Part shown: positions 58,665 to 64,000 of the stretch, piece by piece | Layout of the letters: every line of letters begins with the position of its first letter | Numbering within the stretch: the stretch's first letter is position 1 | Assembly: GCA_903829815.1 (NCBI GenBank) | Contig: CAIKRR010000045.1 | Span: 71,226 to 135,225 of the forward strand | Source of the DNA: an uncultured Pseudomonadota bacterium | GTDB taxonomy: Bacteria > Pseudomonadota > Gammaproteobacteria > Burkholderiales > SG8-39 | Direction of reading: 5' to 3' | Length of the DNA stretch: 64,000 bases | Translations under genes and position numbers: made by a program | Notes under the pieces: generated by a model | Told to the model about the DNA's origin: nothing | The model's input: only the letters and a program-made list of their open reading frames with translations | The model's database searches: none

Positions 58665-60362
58665 TTGACCACTCTGCCAGACCAGGCAGCACAAGCGGGC
58701 CTGTCGCCAAGCCCAGGCGCGCTGCTCTTGCGCCGGACCCTGGTGCTGGTCATCCTCGTGCGGGTGCTGGTCGCGCTGCTGTTGCCCTTCACCGGTGACG
58801 AGGCTTATTACTACTACTGGGGTGCCTACCCGGCGTTCGCCTACTACGACCATCCGCCCATGGTGGGCTGGCTGATGGCGCCCGTGGTTGCCTTGGGCAT
58901 GGCCCCGGGGTGGTTGCGCATGCCGGCGCTGCTGCTCGTCTTTGCGCTTGCCTGGATGGTGCGTCGGCTCGCCTCGAGCGCTGGCCCGGTGCGTGCCGAT
59001 CTGGCGGCAGTCTGTGTGCTGCTCGTTCCGGCAGAACTCTTCAACGTGCTGACCACCACGGATACCCCGCTCGTGCTGTTTTCGGTGGCCTCGCTGCTCG
59101 CCTACCAGCGTGCGCTGCAGCAGGTGGTGGCCGGTGGCGCGGTCATCAATCGATGGCATGTGCTGGCCGGCCTGCTGCTGGGCGCAGCCTTCATGTCGAA
59201 GTACTTTGCCGTGCTGCTGGGCCTGGCCTATCTGGTCTTCGCGTTGAGCGCGCCCCGGCGCCAGAGGCCCTGGGCAGGCTTTCTGATCGTCACCGCCCTG
59301 GCCTTGCCCTGGGCGCTGGCCAACGCGTGGGGAAACTACGAGCACTGCTGGCTCAACATCCTCTTCAATGTCGAGAATCGAAGCGACAACGTGCACCTGT
59401 CGCCCGGTCTGTTCGCCACCTATCTGGGCTGCCTCGTCTACCTCACCAGTCCGCTCGTGCTCTGGCACCTGGTGCGTCATGCAGCCGCTGGCATCCACCG
59501 TTGGCGGGGCGCGCAGGGCGGTGCGCCGGTGGCCGCAAGGGCGGCTGATGCGGGCGCGAGCACTCGGTGCTTGAGCCTGCGTGCCGATGGCACACGCTGG
59601 ATCGTTGTCTGTGCCTTTGTCGTGCCCCTGGTCCTGCTGGGTGCGGTTGCCACGGTTCGATCGGTCGGTCTTCACTGGCCGCTCGCGTTCACGCCGCTTG
59701 CTTTCGTGCTGGCCGCCTTTTGTCTGCCCGAACGTGCCCAGCGCGCCGACGTGATCTATCTGAGCGTGCTCTCTGCGCTGCATGCGGTGGTCTTCGCTGT
59801 CATCGGTCTGCTGCCACTGGAGACCTGGAAGGCCAACCGTATCTATGACGGTCTGGTACTCACCGTGAAGGCCGATGAATTGCTGGCCTTGCTCGAGCCC
59901 TGGCGCGACCGCTACGTGTTTGCCACCGACGGCTACTCGAACTCGGTCACGCTGGGGTACCAGGCGCGTCGCGCTGCCGGGCGTTCAGGGGCTGATGCGG
60001 CGAAGCTTGATTTTCTCGTGTTCGGTCCTGGGTCGGCGCACGGGCGCCAGCAGGATGTGTTCGACGATTTCCGTGCGCTGGATGGTCGCGACATCCTCAT
60101 CGTGCGCAAGACTGCGCCACTCGCAGCCGAATACGACCCTTGCTTCGAGACGGTCGATTACTCGAGCGTCGTGTTGCGAGGGGTCACGTTCCATGTGATT
60201 CGTGGTCACGCGTTTCGCTACGAAACCTATCGTGACCGCGTACTGACCGTGGTGCGCGATCGTTTCTACCATCGACCGGCGTGGTTGCCGCAAGGGCACT
60301 GCTTCTTCTGCGAGCGCTACTTCGGTGCGGCCGGTGGCACGCCAGTGGTGCCTGCGCACTGA
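58665..60362 (+). CDS. ArnT/PMT_2-like GT-C membrane glycosyltransferase with a C-terminal soluble domain
   Basis: FTGDEAYYYYWG..YYDHPPMVGWL loop motif followed by about 10 TM segments. TTG start at 58665, so the start is uncertain. Confidence 0.8.
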   Translation: MTTLPDQAAQAGLSPSPGALLLRRTLVLVILVRVLVALLLPFTGDEAYYYYWGAYPAFAYYDHPPMVGWLMAPVVALGMAPGWLRMPALLLVFALAWMVRRLASSAGPVRADLAAVCVLLVPAELFNVLTTTDTPLVLFSVASLLAYQRALQQVVAGGAVINRWHVLAGLLLGAAFMSKYFAVLLGLAYLVFALSAPRRQRPWAGFLIVTALALPWALANAWGNYEHCWLNILFNVENRSDNVHLSPGLFATYLGCLVYLTSPLVLWHLVRHAAAGIHRWRGAQGGAPVAARAADAGASTRCLSLRADGTRWIVVCAFVVPLVLLGAVATVRSVGLHWPLAFTPLAFVLAAFCLPERAQRADVIYLSVLSALHAVVFAVIGLLPLETWKANRIYDGLVLTVKADELLALLEPWRDRYVFATDGYSNSVTLGYQARRAAGRSGADAAKLDFLVFGPGSAHGRQQDVFDDFRALDGRDILIVRKTAPLAAEYDPCFETVDYSSVVLRGVTFHVIRGHAFRYETYRDRVLTVVRDRFYHRPAWLPQGHCFFCERYFGAAGGTPVVPAH

Positions 60363-60637
60363 GTCGGGGCAGTTCAGGCAGTCTGGAGGCGCCTGGCTGC
60401 GGGCGTATCGTCAGGGCGAGTCAGGTGCAATGAATGTCAAGCAATTGGTGCGTTGCGGCAACGTCTGGACGTGTACTTTTCGCATTGACCCTATGGCAGA
60501 ATACGCCGCCAGTCGAGTGCCCGGGTTCCGATTCCGGACCGTGCTTGACTTGCAGGTCGATGCCAGCCTGGCACAGGCCATCCGAAGCAAACCAATAACC
60601 GCTACCAGTCAAGCGTGAATCGAGCAGCGAAGGGGGA

Positions 60638-61420
60638 GTGATGCAAATCAGGAACGGCAAGGACTTCTGGGCGGGGCTGATGTTTCTCGGCCTTGGTCTG
60701 GGTTTTTCCGGCGTGGCCTTGAAGAACTACAACATGGGCACGGCGGTTCGGATGGGGCCTGCGTACTTCCCGGTTGTGCTCGGCGGCCTGCTTGCCCTGC
60801 TGGGTGCATGGGTGTTCTTCAGGTCCTTCGCCAGTGGCCAGAAGAGCAGCTTGCGGGCGGTGCAGTTTCGTCCGCTTCTCTTCGTGGCTGCGATCATCGC
60901 CGGTGTCGTGACCTATGCGTTGAAGGGTCAGAACGACTTCCTGTACCAGCTCGCGATGGGTGTGACCTATGTGCTGATCCAGGCCTCCTTCGGCACGCCG
61001 GCGCTCTACATCGTGCTGGCTGCGGTTGTCGTGTTCGCCTTCCTCATGAAGCCTATCGGCCTGCTCTTCGCGACCGCGGTGCTCACCGTCATCGCGCGTG
61101 CTGGCAGTGAAGACTTCAAGTGGTCTGATCAGCCGAAGGCGATTGCATTCGGGCTTGCCCTCTATGGGGTCTTCGCAGTGCTCATGGCGACGCTGTCCGG
61201 CGTGATCGGCAATGGCAAGGCGGGTGCCCTGTCCCTGCTCATCATCATCGCGCTGGGCATTGGCTTGGGTCGCAAGGTGAAGGGCGTGGAAATTGGCGCA
61301 CTGTTCGCCATTCTTGGTGTCTTTGCAGTGGTCATCTTCGGTCACGGTTTGGGTCTGCCCTTCAATGCCTGCCCGGAAGTGATGGACGAAGCCTGCCGCA
61401 AGATCGGTCTCGGGAGCTAG
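60638..61420 (+). CDS. tctB: TctB-family small subunit of a tripartite tricarboxylate transporter (unusually long, 260 aa)
   Basis: KDFWAGLMFLGLGLGF..MGPAYFP N-terminus. Lies immediately upstream of tctA. Start is GTG 60638 or ATG 60641. Confidence 0.75.
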   Translation: MMQIRNGKDFWAGLMFLGLGLGFSGVALKNYNMGTAVRMGPAYFPVVLGGLLALLGAWVFFRSFASGQKSSLRAVQFRPLLFVAAIIAGVVTYALKGQNDFLYQLAMGVTYVLIQASFGTPALYIVLAAVVVFAFLMKPIGLLFATAVLTVIARAGSEDFKWSDQPKAIAFGLALYGVFAVLMATLSGVIGNGKAGALSLLIIIALGIGLGRKVKGVEIGALFAILGVFAVVIFGHGLGLPFNACPEVMDEACRKIGLGS

Positions 61421-61424
61421 AAAG

Positions 61425-62924
61425 ATGGATATCTTCACCAACCTTGGCATCGGGTTCGGCGTTGCACTCTCGCCGCTCAACATGCTGTACTGCTTCTTCG
61501 GTGCCTTGCTCGGCACCCTGATCGGTGTGCTTCCTGGCATCGGTCCGGTGGCAACCATTGCAATGCTGCTGCCGGTTACTTTCACCCTGCCGCCCATCTC
61601 GGCCCTCATCATGCTGGCCGGTATCTACTACGGTGCGCAGTACGGTGGTTCGACGACGGCCATCCTGGTGAACCTGCCCGGTGAGTCCTCGTCGGCGGTG
61701 ACGACCATCGACGGCTACCAGATGGCCCGCAACGGTCGTGCGGGTGCAGCACTGGGCATCGCCGCCATCGGTTCGTTCTTTGCCGGTTGCGTCGGCACGG
61801 TCATCATCGCGCTGTTCGCACCGCCCCTGGCCGAAGTGGCCCTGAAGTTTGGCCCTGCCGAGTACTTCTCGCTGATGGTTCTCGGCCTGGTTGCGGCGAC
61901 CGTGCTGGCGCACGGCTCGCTCATCAAGGCGATCGCCATGACCATCGTCGGGCTGCTCTTCGGTCTGGTCGGCACCGACGTCAACTCGGGCATCGCACGG
62001 TTCAACTTCTCGATCTCCGAACTCTCGGACGGCATCGGCTTCGTCGGCGTGGCGATGGGCATGTACGGTTTCGCCGAAATCATCGGCAACCTCGAGCAGG
62101 CCGAGCACCGCGAGGTGTTCACCGCCAAGGTCACCAACCTTCTGCCGACCTGGGATGACATCAAGACCTGTGCCTGGACGATGGTTCGTGCAACCGCTCT
62201 GGGGTCCTTCCTCGGTATTCTGCCGGGCGGTGGCGCGCTGCTGGCCTCGTTTGCGGCCTACGCGATGGAAAAGAAGATCGTCAAGGACGCATCGCAGTTT
62301 GGCAAGGGTGACATCCGTGGCGTCTGCGCCCCTGAATCCGCCAACAATGCCGGTGCCCAGACCTCGTTCATTCCGCTCCTCACCCTGGGCATTCCGTCCA
62401 ACCCTGTGATGGCGCTGATGATCGGTGCGATGATGATCCAGGGCATCGCCCCCGGACCGCAGGTGATGACCGAGCGTCCCGAACTCTTCTGGGGGATGAT
62501 CGCCTCGATGTGGGTCGGCAACCTGATGCTCGTCATCCTGAACCTGCCGCTCATCGGTATCTGGGTGCGACTGCTGTCGGTGCAGTACCGCCTGCTCTAT
62601 CCGGCGATCCTGCTGTTCTGCTGCATCGGTGTGTACAGTATCAACAACTCGAACTTCGACATCCTCATCACCTCGCTCTTTGGCCTCTTTGGCTACATCG
62701 CGGTGAAGCTCGAGTGCGAGCCGGCCCCGCTGATTCTCGGCTTCATCCTCGGGCCGATGATGGAAGAGAATCTGCGTCGCGCCATGCTGCTCTCACGTGG
62801 TGATCCGACGGTGTTCGTGACACGTCCGATCTCGGGTGGTCTGTTGCTGGTCACGGTGCTTCTGATAAGCTTGATGCTCGCCCCTGCGTTCAAGAAGACG
62901 CGCGAGGAAGCCTTCGTCGAGTAA
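61425..62924 (+). CDS. tctA: TctA-family large permease subunit of a tripartite tricarboxylate transporter
   Basis: 499 aa. GVLPGIGP, YGGSTTAILVNLPGE and GILPGGG motifs. Confidence 0.93.
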   Translation: MDIFTNLGIGFGVALSPLNMLYCFFGALLGTLIGVLPGIGPVATIAMLLPVTFTLPPISALIMLAGIYYGAQYGGSTTAILVNLPGESSSAVTTIDGYQMARNGRAGAALGIAAIGSFFAGCVGTVIIALFAPPLAEVALKFGPAEYFSLMVLGLVAATVLAHGSLIKAIAMTIVGLLFGLVGTDVNSGIARFNFSISELSDGIGFVGVAMGMYGFAEIIGNLEQAEHREVFTAKVTNLLPTWDDIKTCAWTMVRATALGSFLGILPGGGALLASFAAYAMEKKIVKDASQFGKGDIRGVCAPESANNAGAQTSFIPLLTLGIPSNPVMALMIGAMMIQGIAPGPQVMTERPELFWGMIASMWVGNLMLVILNLPLIGIWVRLLSVQYRLLYPAILLFCCIGVYSINNSNFDILITSLFGLFGYIAVKLECEPAPLILGFILGPMMEENLRRAMLLSRGDPTVFVTRPISGGLLLVTVLLISLMLAPAFKKTREEAFVE

Positions 62925-62946
62925 TCCGATCGGGTTCGAATGCCCC

Positions 62947-62977
62947 GAGGGCCGCGCACGCGCGGCCCTCTTTTTTT
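62947..62977 (+). terminator. Rho-independent terminator after tctA
   Basis: Perfect 10-bp GC-rich stem GAGGGCCGCG / CGCGGCCCTC with a 4-nt loop, followed by T7 (62971-62977). Confidence 0.8.
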
Positions 62978-63009
62978 CAGTATCCTGAGCATCCGAGAGG
63001 AGCATCTGC

Positions 63010-63900
63010 ATGAACTACGACTGGTCGCCCATCATCGCGCGCAAGCCCTTGCGCTTTCCCAATGGCAAGCGCCTCGCGGTGATCGCGACCGTCAACTGCG
63101 AGTACTGGGATCTCCTGAAGGATTCGACCGAGCCCTACTACGCCGGGGGGCCGGCCATGTTGCCCGACCCCTTGCCAGGCAACGTGGCCGACTTTCCGAA
63201 CTACACCTGGCGCGAGTACGGCCAGCGTGTCGGTGTGTGGCGCCTGTTTCGGGTGTTCGAGCAGGCAGGGGTTCCGCTCTCGATCACCCTGAACGCCAAA
63301 ACCGCGCTCGAGCGCCCCGAGATCGTGCAATACGGTCTGGAGCGCGGGTGGGAGTTCGTCGCCCACAACTATGAGCAGGGCGAACTGCTGACGCGTTACA
63401 CCTTCGACGAACCGGCCGAGCGTGCAGTGATTCACAACACGCTCTCGGTCTACGAGAAGGCGCTGGGGCGCAAGGCGCGTGGGTGGCTGTCCTCGAGCCT
63501 GCGCAGCACCGAGCGTACGCCCGGCATCTGTGCCGAGGCCGGACTCATCTTCTTCTGCGACTACATGAACGACGATCAGCCTTACATCATCCGCACTGAC
63601 CATGGGCCCATCGTCAACACGCCGTATTCCATCGAGATCAACGATTTCACTTTCTTTCACCGCCGTGCCATGAACACCTGGGACGCCGCCCGGATGCTCA
63701 AGGACAACTTCGACGAACTCTATGCCGAGGGCGCAGAGGGTGGCCGGATGATGAATATCGGCATGCATCCGCATGTGTCGGGGCATCCGCATCGCATGGC
63801 CTGCTATCGCGACTTTCTCGCGCATGCCAAGCGTCACGAGGGTGTGTGGTGGACCACGCGCGAGGAGATCGCAGCCTGGTACCTCGAGCAGTCGCGCTGA
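63010..63900 (+). CDS. Polysaccharide deacetylase (NodB/PuuE-like) family hydrolase
   Basis: 296 aa. PuuE-like pattern (VNCEYW.., GMHPHVSGHPHR). GAGAGGAG SD-like sequence ends 7 nt before the ATG. Confidence 0.8.
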   Translation: MNYDWSPIIARKPLRFPNGKRLAVIATVNCEYWDLLKDSTEPYYAGGPAMLPDPLPGNVADFPNYTWREYGQRVGVWRLFRVFEQAGVPLSITLNAKTALERPEIVQYGLERGWEFVAHNYEQGELLTRYTFDEPAERAVIHNTLSVYEKALGRKARGWLSSSLRSTERTPGICAEAGLIFFCDYMNDDQPYIIRTDHGPIVNTPYSIEINDFTFFHRRAMNTWDAARMLKDNFDELYAEGAEGGRMMNIGMHPHVSGHPHRMACYRDFLAHAKRHEGVWWTTREEIAAWYLEQSR

Positions 63901-63913
63901 CCGAGGGCTTGCG

Positions 63914-64000
63914 ATGAGCGAACTCGATATCTACTCGCGACAGAACTTTGGCAACAGCGTCGGCTTCGGACATCGCGCGGCGCTGGTGCTGGTTGACTTC
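63914..64000 (+). CDS. Probable isochorismatase/cysteine-hydrolase family protein (first 29 codons only; continues beyond the window)
   Basis: ATG 63914. AALVLVDF resembles the start of the isochorismatase-family beta-strand motif. The fragment is too short for a firm call. Confidence 0.45.
   Translation, partial: MSELDIYSRQNFGNSVGFGHRAALVLVDF

Noticed and set aside
60566-60585. TGGCAC motif (ctggcacaggccatccg) upstream of tctB, considered as a sigma-54 promoter. Similar TGGCAC hits occur at 19149, 27337 and 40349.
   Set aside because: None has the required TTGC element at the -12 position (TGGCAC-N5-TTGC), and three of the four lie inside coding sequence.
60430-60618. 62-codon ORF (MNVKQLVRCGNVWTCTF...) in the tctB upstream region, considered as a small protein or leader peptide.
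   Set aside because: By my hand count GC3 is only about 60 percent, against a far higher by-eye GC3 in the real genes here. There is no SD sequence before the ATG and no recognisable motif. I treat it as non-coding leader and mention it under the tctBA finding.
1-64000. Window-wide search for tRNA, rRNA, tmRNA, CRISPR repeats, IS inverted repeats, integrases, att-like direct repeats and long (over 100 bp) internal duplications.
   Set aside because: None found by eye. Non-coding gaps are all 275 bp or shorter and contain no cloverleaf-compatible or spaced-repeat structures. A computational scan (tRNAscan-SE, Infernal/Rfam, self-dotplot) would be needed to exclude small RNAs rigorously.

Overview
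High-GC (about two-thirds G+C by eye) chromosomal segment with a betaproteobacterial gene order, Burkholderiales/Rhodocyclales-like; the taxonomy is inferred from synteny and the presence of Bug/TTT genes. I support about 58 tightly packed protein genes, many joined by ATGA/GTGA/TGATG stop-start overlaps. I found no rRNA, tRNA, CRISPR array, transposase, integrase or phage genes, and no recognisable defence or toxin-antitoxin module. Core blocks: ftsA-ftsZ / lpxC / DUF721 / secA; argJ-DUF815-nudix; yacG-zapD-coaE-pilD-pilC; corB-ypjD / ffh; rpsP-rimM-trmD-rplS; ribBX-ribH-nusB-thiL-pgpA-pncC-recA-recX; alaS; aroG-type DAHP synthase. Accessory blocks: a DHDPS-like aldolase lying antisense between ftsZ and lpxC; peroxiredoxin with cysDN; crotonase + SDR + Bug protein + hybrid histidine kinase; a Dpp-like ABC importer coupled to an M20 deacylase; a VIT1-like gene coupled to recX; a PQQ alcohol dehydrogenase module (cytochrome c, YVTN beta-propeller, cytochrome b561); nupC; an SNF2 helicase; a GT-C glycosyltransferase; tctBA followed by two hydrolases. 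I cannot point to a clear-cut new system. The best candidates for something undescribed are (i) the alaS-linked pair 54651-57472, a small anchored protein plus a secreted three-module protein (unknown domain, MBL hydrolase, solute-binding domain), and (ii) the PQQ dehydrogenase, which carries a D-x-D lanthanide-type signature. Smaller sequence oddities: five phased 11-bp repeats upstream of pilC, an in-frame (CCAACG)n microsatellite in a kinase linker, a G9 tract upstream of the DAHP synthase gene, and two convergent gene pairs whose stop codons abut as TGATCA. All family calls come from reading motifs by eye; no database search was run.
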